Source of the DNA: Bacillota bacterium
Lineage (GTDB): Bacteria > Bacillota_I > Bacilli_A > RF39 > UBA660
Reading direction: 5' to 3'
NCBI GenBank assembly: GCA_015059375.1
Contig: SVAN01000001.1
Location: 20,179-84,178, forward strand
DNA: 64,000 nt
Shown: positions 8,126 through 16,917 of the stretch, in pieces
Numbering within the stretch: position 1 is the first letter of the stretch
Layout of the letters: every line of letters starts with the position of its first letter
Notes under the pieces: generated by a model
Told to the model about the DNA's origin: nothing
The model's database searches: none
Seen by the model: only the letters and a program-made list of their open reading frames with translations
Program-made: the position numbers and the translations under genes

Positions 8126-8492
8126 TCCTATCGTAGATATATTTAATAAATTTAAATATTCTTTTCAAGGGATGTTTTATTGTTTTACGCATGAAACAAG
8201 TTTTATTTTTGAAACGATATCAATGCTTCTTATTGTAATTTTGGGCATTATTTTTAATATTTCTTTTATGGAATGGATATTTTCAGTTTTAAGTTTATTA
8301 TTAGTAATGGAAGTTGAATTTTTAAATACGGGAATTGAAGCAACCGTTGATATGGTTACAGACCAATTTCATCCCTTGGCTAAAATTGCAAAAGACTGTG
8401 GAAGTGCTGCCACTTGTATGGCTAGTATAATGGCGTTAATTGTTAATTTGGTAATATTTGTACCAAAGGTTTGGCCTTTGGTGATGGGGTAA
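8091..8492 (+). CDS. dgkA: diacylglycerol/undecaprenol kinase DgkA family
   Basis: ~130 aa three-TM protein after ybeY, with conserved …EVEFLNTGIEATVDMV… (DgkA core E/N/D residues). Synteny ybeY-dgkA-era. Confidence 0.7.
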   Translation: MDLKKQKGKKINPIVDIFNKFKYSFQGMFYCFTHETSFIFETISMLLIVILGIIFNISFMEWIFSVLSLLLVMEVEFLNTGIEATVDMVTDQFHPLAKIAKDCGSAATCMASIMALIVNLVIFVPKVWPLVMG

Positions 8493-8498
8493 GATTAC

Positions 8499-9386
8499 AT
8501 GAGGAGTGGTTTTGTTAGTTTCATAGGTCGTCCTAACGTTGGGAAAAGTACTCTTTTGAATGCGTTAATGACGCAAAAAATTGCTATTACTTCTGATAAG
8601 GCTGGTACAACGAGAAATGTTATTCAAGGCATATATAATGAGGATAATTATCAGATTATTTTTGTAGATACACCAGGAATTTCTAAACCGATTAATCGTC
8701 TGGGAAAAGTTTTGAATAAAAAAGCAATGGAACAAATTGATGATGTTGATTGTATTTTATTTGTTGTTGATGGTAAAAAGGGAATAGGCCCCGGCGATAA
8801 ATATATTTTAAATGTTTTAAATAAAGTAGAAACGCCAGTAGTTTTAGTCATTAATAAAATTGATCAAATGAGCAAAGAAATGCTAATTTATACAATTAAT
8901 GAGTATAAAGATTTATATCCTTTTGCAGATATTGTTCCTGTTTCTGCATTTACTAATGATAATACTGATCGGTTAATTGAAGTAATAAAAAAATATTTAA
9001 AAGATGAAGTTAAGTATTTTGATGATGACATGATTACTTCGAATACAATGGGTTTCATGGTATCTGAGATTGTTCGTGAAAAATTACTTAATGATACAAT
9101 AGAGGAAGTACCTCATTCTATAGCCTGTAATTGTGTTGGTTATGAAGAAAAAAAAGATATTGTAAATATATTAGTGGATATAATTGTTGATAGGGATTCT
9201 ATAAAAAAAATAGTAATTGGAAAAAATGGTAGTCGTTTAAAAAAGGTGGGAATTTTAGCTCGCGAAGAAATTGAAGCCATGGTTGGAAAAAAGGTTTATA
9301 TTGAACTGTATGTTAAAACGATAAAAAATTGGAAGGATAAAGAAAAATATCTTTTGGATTTAGGATATTTGAATTCGGATGAATAA
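8499..9386 (+). CDS. era: GTPase Era
   Basis: G1 GRPNVGKST, G3 DTPG, G4 NKID, and a C-terminal KH domain (…VYIELYVKTIKNWKD…). Confidence 0.9.
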   Translation: MRSGFVSFIGRPNVGKSTLLNALMTQKIAITSDKAGTTRNVIQGIYNEDNYQIIFVDTPGISKPINRLGKVLNKKAMEQIDDVDCILFVVDGKKGIGPGDKYILNVLNKVETPVVLVINKIDQMSKEMLIYTINEYKDLYPFADIVPVSAFTNDNTDRLIEVIKKYLKDEVKYFDDDMITSNTMGFMVSEIVREKLLNDTIEEVPHSIACNCVGYEEKKDIVNILVDIIVDRDSIKKIVIGKNGSRLKKVGILAREEIEAMVGKKVYIELYVKTIKNWKDKEKYLLDLGYLNSDE

Positions 9387-9430
9387 AATTTATTGATTTT
9401 ACCCATTATTAAATTGAAAGGGTGAATGAT

Positions 9431-9520
9431 ATGAATAAGAAAGAGGCTTGGAATAAGTTTAAAAATTCTGGGAAAATTGAGGATTATTTAGAATATAAAC
9501 AAATTGAAGAAGAGGAATAA
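9431..9520 (+). CDS. yqzL: YqzL-family small protein (29 aa), not in ORF track
   Basis: GGGTGA RBS. MNKKEAWNKFKNSGKIEDYLEYKQIEEEE*; its stop overlaps the recO ATG (TAATG). Position between era and recO and the W..F..G.I..YL..K pattern match Bacillus YqzL. Confidence 0.45.
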   Translation: MNKKEAWNKFKNSGKIEDYLEYKQIEEEE

Positions 9521-10245
9521 TGTTAATCGAAGTCGAAGGATTTATTTTGAAAGAAACTCCATATGGTGAGAGTAGTAAAATTATTAATGTTTTAACAAAA
9601 GAAAAAGGGCTCATAGGAATAATGTGCAAAGGTGCTAAATCGATGAAATCACCATTTCGATCAAGTACGCAAGCATTTACCTATGGGGCTTTTAGTTTGT
9701 ATTACAAGGAAGATAAACTTTCTAATTTATCCAGCGTTGATATTATAAATCCTTTAAAAAACATTCGAAGTGATTTGACTAAGATTAGTTATGTTACTTA
9801 TTTGAGTGAACTAACTGCTCAAGTGATAAAAGAAAGTGGAAGTTCCAATATTTACGAAGATTTTATTAATACAATTTTAAAAATCGAACAGGGTTTAGAT
9901 CCTTTGATTTTAACAAATGTTTTGGAACTAAAGTATTTACCTCTTTTAGGAGTAGGGTTAAATTTAGATGGATGTATCCATTGTGGCAATAAAACATCAA
10001 TAGTTACGATTGATGCGTCTTATGGTGGATTAATATGCAAGGATTGTTTTCGTAATGAACTCATTGTTGATAAAAAAGTTATTCAATTAATAAGAATGTA
10101 TTATTATGTTGATATAAAAAGTATAAATGAAATAAGTGTCAAAGAGGAATATAAAAATACCATTAATAAATTTATTTCAGATTATTATGATTCCTTTACC
10201 GGATTATATGTTTATAGTAAAAAGTTTTTAGAAACACTTTTGTAA
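9520..10245 (+). CDS. recO: DNA repair protein RecO
   Basis: N-terminal OB fold MLIEVEGFILKETPYGESSKII…; C-terminal zinc finger CIHCGNK…CKDC; era-recO synteny. Confidence 0.85.
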   Translation: MLIEVEGFILKETPYGESSKIINVLTKEKGLIGIMCKGAKSMKSPFRSSTQAFTYGAFSLYYKEDKLSNLSSVDIINPLKNIRSDLTKISYVTYLSELTAQVIKESGSSNIYEDFINTILKIEQGLDPLILTNVLELKYLPLLGVGLNLDGCIHCGNKTSIVTIDASYGGLICKDCFRNELIVDKKVIQLIRMYYYVDIKSINEISVKEEYKNTINKFISDYYDSFTGLYVYSKKFLETLL

Positions 10246-10308
10246 AATCTGTTTCTGCATCTTGCTGAATTATATGTAATTTATTAAAATAATAATGGGT
10301 GAGATAAT

Positions 10309-10941
10309 GTGGCGGATTTGAGTTTTATTTATGGAACAATGGAGTCGGGAAAAACAACTAAATTACTACAGGATAATTACAATTATTGTAAACATGGACA
10401 TAAAGTTGTCATAGTTAAACCGCAGATTGACACGAAGGGTGGCGATTCTGTGGTAAATCGTATTAATAATAGTGCTAAAGTAAATTTTATGATTGGTCCA
10501 AAAGATTCTTTTTTGGATAAGAAACATCTTAAGGCGATTGATGGTGCTAAAGTGATATTGGCTGATGAGGCCCAATTTTTTACTCCAATACAAATTGAGG
10601 AATTGTGGGAGATTGCGCATATTTTTGATATTCAAGTCATTTGTTATGGATTAAAAACAGATTTTCGCGGGATTCCATTCGAAGGGACAACTGCTTTGTT
10701 TGGTTATGCTGATCATAAAACTGAACTAACAGTAAAATGCGAATGCGGAGATGTCGCTAATTTTAATGCTCGTTTAGTAAATCAAAAATTTACTCGAGAT
10801 GGCGACATTGTAGCGATAGATGGAGAGCAAAATGTAAGCTATGTTCCTTTTTGTAGTGATTGCTATGTTAAATATGTATTAGCGGGCGAAAAAGTACAAG
10901 AACTTTTACAAAGGAAAAGACTTGCAAAAGAAGAAAAGTAA
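10309..10941 (+). CDS. tdk: thymidine kinase
   Basis: P-loop GTMESGKTT; zinc ribbon CECG…CSDC; …ADEAQFF…. Confidence 0.9.
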   Translation: MADLSFIYGTMESGKTTKLLQDNYNYCKHGHKVVIVKPQIDTKGGDSVVNRINNSAKVNFMIGPKDSFLDKKHLKAIDGAKVILADEAQFFTPIQIEELWEIAHIFDIQVICYGLKTDFRGIPFEGTTALFGYADHKTELTVKCECGDVANFNARLVNQKFTRDGDIVAIDGEQNVSYVPFCSDCYVKYVLAGEKVQELLQRKRLAKEEK

Positions 10942-10949
10942 GTTTATAA

Positions 10950-11092
10950 TAAGCTTAATAAAAGCAATGACGGGTTTGGCAAACCAAGAGCTATATAGTA
11001 AAAAGAGATTCCTTGTGAATAACTAGGGTGGAACCGCGGAAAATTTTTCGTCCCTAGGATTATTTGCAAGTTTTTTTTATTTAAGGAGGAAG
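10950..11092 (+). promoter_or_regulatory. T-box riboswitch leader of glyQS (tRNA-Gly responsive)
   Basis: Canonical T-box sequence AACTAGGGTGGAACCGCGG. A downstream segment CGTCCCTAG can pair with CTAGGG (terminator/antiterminator alternative), followed by a T-tract. Upstream are AGAGA-like stem-I elements and a GGC-containing loop (tttGGCaaa). It sits directly before the glycyl-tRNA synthetase gene, the classic glyQS T-box arrangement. Confidence 0.7.
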
Positions 11093-11095
11093 AAA

Positions 11096-12475
11096 ATGGA
11101 AGATTTAACGATGGAAAAGGTAGTGAATTATGCGAAAACCTATGGGTTCATATTTCAAGGAAGTGAGATTTATGGTGGGTTATCAAATACTTGGGACTAT
11201 GGTCCTTTAGGAACTTTGCTAAAAGAAAATTTGCGAAATGCATGGAAAAAGAGATTTATTCAAGAAAGTAAATATAACTACGGCTTAGATGCGGCGATTT
11301 TAATGAACCCTAATGTATGGGTTGCTTCGGGACATGTTGCTTCTTTTGCTGATCCGTTAATCGATTGTATAAAATGTAAAGCTCGCCATCGTGCTGATAA
11401 ATTAATCGAGGATTTTACTAATGGAGAAATTACTGGCGATGGTTGGGATGAAAAGAAGATTGAAGATTTTATTAAAGAAAACAATATTGCTTGTCCAACC
11501 TGTAAAGGACACGATTTTACGCCAATTAGAAAGTTTAATTTACTTTTTGAAACTAAAATCGGTGTTGTAGATAACAATAAAAATGTTGTTTATCTTCGAG
11601 GGGAAACGGCACAGGGCATTTTTGTTAATTTTAAAAATATCGAAAGAAGTCTTCGGGCGAAAATCCCGTTTGGTGTTTGTCAAACTGGTAAAGCTTTCCG
11701 TAACGAAATAACACCTGGAAACTTTATTTTTAGAACAAGAGAATTTGAACAAATGGAAATGGAGTTTTTTTGTAAACCAGGAACTGATATTGAATGGTTT
11801 GAATATTGGAAATCTGAATGTTTGAAATTTTTACATGATTTGGGATTGCGCGATGAAAATTTGCGATATCGTGATCATGAAAAAGAAGAATTAGCTTTTT
11901 ATAGCAAAGCAACTACTGATATTGAATATAAATTTCCAATGGGCTGGGGAGAATTATGGGGAATTGCTGACCGCACTGATTATGATTTAGGAGTTCATGA
12001 AAGTCATTCAAAAGAAGATTTGCATTATTTAGATCCAGAAACTCATGAAAAATATTTACCTTATGTGGTAGAACCTTCAGTAGGCTTGGATCGCTTGTTG
12101 CTAGCACTTTTATCTGATGCAATGCAAACAGAACCTTTAGAGGATAATACGGAAAGAGAAGTTTTAAAACTTCATTATGCTTTAGCTCCTTATAAAATTA
12201 ATATATTACCTTTAATAAAAAAAGTTCATGCTGATAAAGCTACAGAACTATTTAATATCTTAAGTAAAGATTTTTCTGTAAGTTATGATGAAAGTGGTAG
12301 TATCGGAAAAAGATATCGTCGTGCTGATGCAATTGGTACGCCATTTTGTATTACAATTGATGAAGAAACAATAAATAATGGGACAGTAACGATTCGTAAT
12401 CGTGATACAATGAAACAAGATGTAATTAAAGTCGAAGAAATAAAATCTTATGTTGAAAAACAAATTAAATTTTAA
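11096..12475 (+). CDS. glyQS: glycine--tRNA ligase (homodimeric class II, GlyQS)
   Basis: MEKVVNYAKTYGFIFQGSEIYGGLSNTWDYGPLG…, class II motifs (…FRNEITPGNFIFRTREFEQME…), C-terminal anticodon-binding domain. Confidence 0.9.
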   Translation: MEDLTMEKVVNYAKTYGFIFQGSEIYGGLSNTWDYGPLGTLLKENLRNAWKKRFIQESKYNYGLDAAILMNPNVWVASGHVASFADPLIDCIKCKARHRADKLIEDFTNGEITGDGWDEKKIEDFIKENNIACPTCKGHDFTPIRKFNLLFETKIGVVDNNKNVVYLRGETAQGIFVNFKNIERSLRAKIPFGVCQTGKAFRNEITPGNFIFRTREFEQMEMEFFCKPGTDIEWFEYWKSECLKFLHDLGLRDENLRYRDHEKEELAFYSKATTDIEYKFPMGWGELWGIADRTDYDLGVHESHSKEDLHYLDPETHEKYLPYVVEPSVGLDRLLLALLSDAMQTEPLEDNTEREVLKLHYALAPYKINILPLIKKVHADKATELFNILSKDFSVSYDESGSIGKRYRRADAIGTPFCITIDEETINNGTVTIRNRDTMKQDVIKVEEIKSYVEKQIKF

Positions 12476-12478
12476 GGG

Positions 12479-12506
12479 AAACTCACGTATCAGTGAGTTT
12501 TTTGGT
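12479..12506 (+). terminator. rho-independent terminator after glyQS
   Basis: AAACTCAC-gtatca-GTGAGTTTTTT. Confidence 0.55.
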
Positions 12507-12517
12507 ATAATTAAGAA

Positions 12518-13060
12518 ATGGAAAAGAAAAGCATATACATAATTTTAATGAATACTAAAACTTTATTAAGTAGAGCTATTCGCTTGATTACTCACTATAA
12601 ATATACGCATGTTGTTCTTTCTTTAGATGATAGTTATACTAAATTATATAGTTTTGGGAGAAAACATGTTTATAATTTTTTAAAAGCTGGTTTAGTAACT
12701 TATGGTATAAAAAGTGAATTTTTTCAAAAATTTAAGGATACTGAGTGCATTATATACGAAATTAAAGTTACAACACCTCAATATTTTAAAATAAAGAAAG
12801 TTCTGCGAAATTTTGAAAAAAATATGAATATATATCGTTACGATATTAAGGGACTTTTAGTAAGATATTTTTACACTAATGCTAGAGCTCGAGAAAATTA
12901 CTACGTATGTAGTCAATTTGTAGCAACTGTTTTGGAATTATCAGGTGTTCATAATTTTGGTAAACCGGTAAAGTTGGTTAAGCCGCATGACTTTAATAAA
13001 ATTCCCAATATTAAAAAAATCTACGAAGGTAAGCTATTAAAAATAGGAAAAAACAAATAA
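12518..13060 (+). CDS. permuted papain-fold (YiiX/YebB-like, NlpC/P60 superfamily) putative hydrolase
   Basis: His motif KYTHVVLSLDD and Cys motif YYVCSQFVATVL in the order and spacing typical of YiiX-like permuted papain enzymes. Confidence 0.35.
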   Translation: MEKKSIYIILMNTKTLLSRAIRLITHYKYTHVVLSLDDSYTKLYSFGRKHVYNFLKAGLVTYGIKSEFFQKFKDTECIIYEIKVTTPQYFKIKKVLRNFEKNMNIYRYDIKGLLVRYFYTNARARENYYVCSQFVATVLELSGVHNFGKPVKLVKPHDFNKIPNIKKIYEGKLLKIGKNK

Positions 13061-13077
13061 TCTATCGTGAATGCTTA

Positions 13078-13106
13078 TTGCAAATTTATGGGAACTTTGT
13101 TACAAT
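13078..13106 (+). promoter_or_regulatory. sigma-A promoter for sepF
   Basis: TTGCAA, 17 nt, TACAAT; AGGAGG RBS downstream. Confidence 0.45.
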
Positions 13107-13133
13107 ATTTTATAGATACTAGGAGGAATATTT

Positions 13134-13547
13134 ATGGGCTTTAGTTTAAAAGATTGGTTAACTGATAAAGGTGAAGAAGAAAATGTTAATGCAAGCGAGG
13201 ATGATTTTTATTCTGTTAGTAGTGAGGATGCATTAAAAGAAGCTGACCGTACTGGTAATAAAATGATTTTATTAGAACCACGGGCTTATTCTGAATCCCA
13301 ACAAATTGCAGATCATTTAAAGAGTCGTAATAGCGTTGTGGTAAATTTAAAAAGAGTGACGTCTGACCAAGCAAAAAGAATAATCGATTTTTTAAGTGGC
13401 TGTATTTATGCAATCGGCGGCTCAATGCAAAAGATTGGTGTAGGAATTTATTTGTGTACTCCTAAAAATGTTAATGTTCAAGGTAAAATTACGGAAGAAA
13501 ATGAAAAAGGCAAAACCGATAAGGATTCTGAGGATATAGATTGGTAG
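13134..13547 (+). CDS. sepF: cell division protein SepF
   Basis: …MILLEPRAYSESQQIADHLKSRNSVVVNLKRVTSDQAKRIIDFLSGCIYAIGGSMQKIG…: SepF/DUF552 core. Confidence 0.8.
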   Translation: MGFSLKDWLTDKGEEENVNASEDDFYSVSSEDALKEADRTGNKMILLEPRAYSESQQIADHLKSRNSVVVNLKRVTSDQAKRIIDFLSGCIYAIGGSMQKIGVGIYLCTPKNVNVQGKITEENEKGKTDKDSEDIDW

Positions 13548-13559
13548 GGAGGTTTTACC

Positions 13560-13985
13560 ATGAGAAAGTTTAGAATAAGCTTTTCAGGGTATAATAAAGA
13601 CGATGTAAATGAATTTGTATCGGAAGTAATACGCGAATATGAAAGCATTCTGCAGAAGTTAAGAAATAGCACAAAAGAAATGGAATTATTGAATCGCGAG
13701 TTGGAGAAGTATAAAACATTAGAAAAATCGATGAACGATACTTTGTTAGTGGCTCAAGAAATAAGTGCAAATGCTCATAAAGCTGCGGTTGCGGAGGGCA
13801 AATTAATTGTTGAAGATGCTAAAAATAATGCATCAAAAATAGTTAATAATTCATTAATTAAGGCTCAAAATATCGAAAGAGAAGCAGAAGAATTAAAAAG
13901 GAAAGTTATTAGTTATAAAAGAAGATTTATTGCTTTAGTCGAATCACAAATGGATGATGTAAATAAATTTGATGAAAGACTATAG
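13560..13985 (+). CDS. divIVA: DivIVA-domain protein (DivIVA/GpsB family)
   Basis: N-terminal DivIVA lipid-binding motif FRISFSGYNKDDVNEFV, then a coiled-coil; adjacent to sepF as in the Bacillus dcw-distal cluster. Confidence 0.65.
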   Translation: MRKFRISFSGYNKDDVNEFVSEVIREYESILQKLRNSTKEMELLNRELEKYKTLEKSMNDTLLVAQEISANAHKAAVAEGKLIVEDAKNNASKIVNNSLIKAQNIEREAEELKRKVISYKRRFIALVESQMDDVNKFDERL

Positions 13986-14004
13986 TTTTTTCAGTGGAGG
14001 TAAT

Positions 14005-14799
14005 ATGAAAACACGAGTAATAAGCGCTTTGGCTGTAGCAGCTATAGCTATACCATTTATATATTTTGGAGGCCCTTTTTTTGTAATTGCCATAGGTGTA
14101 ATTTCAATTTTAGGTTTTATTGAGGTTCTTAATTTACCCAAATCGCATTCGTCTTTACCAATTGTTCCAACAATATTAGCGTTGATTGCAATGTTAGTAT
14201 TAATTTGTACCAATTTCGATGGAAATAATCTAGTATATGGAGCGACATATGCAAGGTTAATTTATTTAGTTTTAGGACTTTTAATTCCAACATTATTTTA
14301 TAAAAATAATGAATATACTACTAAAGATGCATTTTATTTAATGGGAGCCGTCTTATTTTTAGGGTTGGCTTTTAATTCTTTAATCGTTGTAAGGGATAAG
14401 GGATTACCGTTTTTTATTTATTTAATTTTAATTCCAATTTGTACAGATAGTTTTGCGATGATTTTTGGCTGTTTATTTGGCAAACATAAAATGTGCCCTA
14501 AAATCAGCCCTAAGAAAAGCTGGGAGGGAGCCGTGTATGGCTTAGCCCTTGGAACTATTATTCCAGTAATTTTTTATCAAATTTTTATTAATCCAATTAC
14601 ATGGAAAATTGTTCTTGGTTCTTTATTATTATCAGTAGCAGGACAATTTGGCGATTTAATTTTTAGCAAAATAAAAAGAGAAAATGAAATTAAAGATTTT
14701 TCTAATATTATTCCGGGACACGGCGGAATTTTAGACCGTTTAGACAGTGTCATAGCAGTTTTTTTAACATACATTTTTTTGACTACAATATTATTTTAA
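14005..14799 (+). CDS. cdsA: phosphatidate cytidylyltransferase CdsA (start at MKTRV, after GGAGG)
   Basis: Polytopic; C-terminal signature …SKIKRENEIKDFSNIIPGHGGILDRLDS. Confidence 0.85.
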   Translation: MKTRVISALAVAAIAIPFIYFGGPFFVIAIGVISILGFIEVLNLPKSHSSLPIVPTILALIAMLVLICTNFDGNNLVYGATYARLIYLVLGLLIPTLFYKNNEYTTKDAFYLMGAVLFLGLAFNSLIVVRDKGLPFFIYLILIPICTDSFAMIFGCLFGKHKMCPKISPKKSWEGAVYGLALGTIIPVIFYQIFINPITWKIVLGSLLLSVAGQFGDLIFSKIKRENEIKDFSNIIPGHGGILDRLDSVIAVFLTYIFLTTILF

Positions 14800-14810
14800 A
14801 GGAGACCATA

Positions 14811-15926
14811 ATGTTATTAAATATTTTATCAATTGCAAATTTTTTTAGCAGTACAGGATCATTTTTACTGAAATTATTCTTATTAATTTTTATTTTGGGA
14901 ATTATTATTTTGATTCATGAATTAGGGCATTTTCTTTGGGCCAAGGCATTTAAGGTTCATATATATGAATTTTCCATCGGAATGGGGCCGCTTATTTATA
15001 CGCATAAAGGAAAAAAAGATAAAATTGATTACAATATTCGTGCAATCCCAATAGGTGGATTTGTTTCCATGGCTGGGGAAGTCTATGCTGATGATGACAA
15101 AATTCCAAAGGAAAAATTAATGTGTAATCGGCCATGGTATCAGAGATTTATGATTTTATTTGCAGGTGTAATGAACAATTTCCTTTCAGCGATTTTACTT
15201 TTGATTGTGTATGGCTCTATTTGGGGTGGGGGAGCCATTAAGCCGGAAATTAATACTGTTTTAGAAAACTCAGCGGCTCAAAAAGCTGGAATTAAAGCAA
15301 ATGATACGATTTTAGCTATTAATGATTATAAGGTTGGTAGTTGGGATAAAGCTCAAATAATCCTACAATATAAAAACCCAAATGATTATTATACCTTTGA
15401 AATTAAAAGGGAAAACGGCGGTCGCGAAACTATAAAAGTCATTCCGGAAGTTGTTGTAAATGAGGAAACGGGAGCTGAAACTCGCGTGTTTGGGATTAGT
15501 ATTAAACAAGCCGATACATCAAACTTTTTTAAGGTAATTGGCTATGGTTTTCAAAAATTTGCTTCGGTGGTAAGTTCTATGTCTGCGACTATCAGTGGAC
15601 TTTTTACTGGTAAAATTAATTTATCTGCTTTGTCTGGCCCTGTAGGAATGTATGAAGTCGTAGGTGCTTCGCTTTCATATTCATTTAGTGATGCCTTTCA
15701 ATATATTGTGTATATTATAGCATTTTTATCGATAAATGTTGGCTTCATTAATATCCTACCGTTTCCAGCCTTTGATGGAGGACATTTATTATTCTTAGTA
15801 ATTGAAAAAATCAAAGGTAGTCCGGTCAATGCTAAATTTGAAAATATTTGTCACTTAATTGGCTTTGCTTTAATTTTTTTACTGATGATTATTGTGACAA
15901 TTAATGATATAATTAAACTGTTCTAG
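14811..15926 (+). CDS. rseP: RIP zinc metalloprotease RseP (site-2 protease) with PDZ domain
   Basis: HELGHF (HExxH in TM1); second motif …FINILPFPAFDGGH…; central PDZ (…AAQKAGIKANDTILAINDYKV…); cdsA-rseP synteny. Confidence 0.85.
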   Translation: MLLNILSIANFFSSTGSFLLKLFLLIFILGIIILIHELGHFLWAKAFKVHIYEFSIGMGPLIYTHKGKKDKIDYNIRAIPIGGFVSMAGEVYADDDKIPKEKLMCNRPWYQRFMILFAGVMNNFLSAILLLIVYGSIWGGGAIKPEINTVLENSAAQKAGIKANDTILAINDYKVGSWDKAQIILQYKNPNDYYTFEIKRENGGRETIKVIPEVVVNEETGAETRVFGISIKQADTSNFFKVIGYGFQKFASVVSSMSATISGLFTGKINLSALSGPVGMYEVVGASLSYSFSDAFQYIVYIIAFLSINVGFINILPFPAFDGGHLLFLVIEKIKGSPVNAKFENICHLIGFALIFLLMIIVTINDIIKLF

Positions 15927-15941
15927 TTTAATTATTTTTTT

Positions 15942-16018
15942 GTCCTCGTAGCTCAGCTGGATAGAGTGATTGCCTCCGACGCAATAGGTCAAGGGTTCGA
16001 ATCCCTTCGAGGACACCA
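15942..16018 (+). tRNA. tRNA-Arg (anticodon CCG)
   Basis: GTCCTCGTAGCTCAGCTGGATAGAGTGATTGCCTCCGACGCAAT…GGTTCGAATCCCTTCGAGGACACCA: cloverleaf with anticodon loop CTCCGAC. Confidence 0.85.
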
Positions 16019-16050
16019 ATTAGAATTAAAAGGGTAGTAGTGAAGTAGTA

Positions 16051-16857
16051 ATGACTGAATTAGAAAAAATAATTATAATGTTACAAAAGGATATGGTAGA
16101 ACCAAAACCATGGGGATGGTTTCATTTCCTTTGGATATTTTTCGTTATTATTACTGTTTACTATCTTTATAAAATAAAAAATCGGCATAATGAAAAGCAA
16201 TTAAAATATATCCTTGGCATTTATGGTATTGGGGCATTAGTCTTAGAAATTTTAAAACAAATAATTTGGTCTTTTGAATTTGACGGTGCGACACTTTCTA
16301 AAGTTTGGGATTATCAATGGTATGCATTTCCTTTTCAGCTTTGTTCAACACCAATTTATGTATCAATTTTAGCCTTATTTTTAAAAAAAGGGCGATTGCG
16401 AGATTCATTACTTTCATATATGGCTTTTATAACAATTTTAGGAAGCATAATGACCGTAATTATTCCTGATAGTTGTTTTGTTGAAGATATTTTAGTTAAT
16501 ATTCATACCATGTATCTACACTGTGGAAGCTTGGTTGTTTCATTATATTTAGTAATTTCGAAAGAAATAAAAGTTGAAAAGCAATATTTACTAAAAGGGT
16601 ACATTACATTTTTAGGATTTGTTTATGTTGCAGAACTTTTAAATATCATTATGTATAAGTCTAGAATTATTGGGGATGAAACTTTTAATATGTTTTATAT
16701 TAGTCCTTATTTTAATAGCGAATTACCAGTGTTTAGTACCTTACAATCAAATTTGCCATATTTACTATATATTATTACCTACCTTTTGGCGATTGGGTTA
16801 GGTGGTATAATTGTTTATTACATTTTCTATCTTTTTAAAAAGCGACAAAAGTTTTAA
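16051..16857 (+). CDS. polytopic membrane protein (YwaF/TIGR02206-like)
   Basis: 8 predicted TM segments; N-terminal KPWGWFHFLWIFF motif. Confidence 0.3.
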   Translation: MTELEKIIIMLQKDMVEPKPWGWFHFLWIFFVIITVYYLYKIKNRHNEKQLKYILGIYGIGALVLEILKQIIWSFEFDGATLSKVWDYQWYAFPFQLCSTPIYVSILALFLKKGRLRDSLLSYMAFITILGSIMTVIIPDSCFVEDILVNIHTMYLHCGSLVVSLYLVISKEIKVEKQYLLKGYITFLGFVYVAELLNIIMYKSRIIGDETFNMFYISPYFNSELPVFSTLQSNLPYLLYIITYLLAIGLGGIIVYYIFYLFKKRQKF

Positions 16858-16917
16858 ATAATAGGGAAAAGTAATAATACTATACAAATAATAAAAGCGT
16901 GATATAATAACCTTGTT

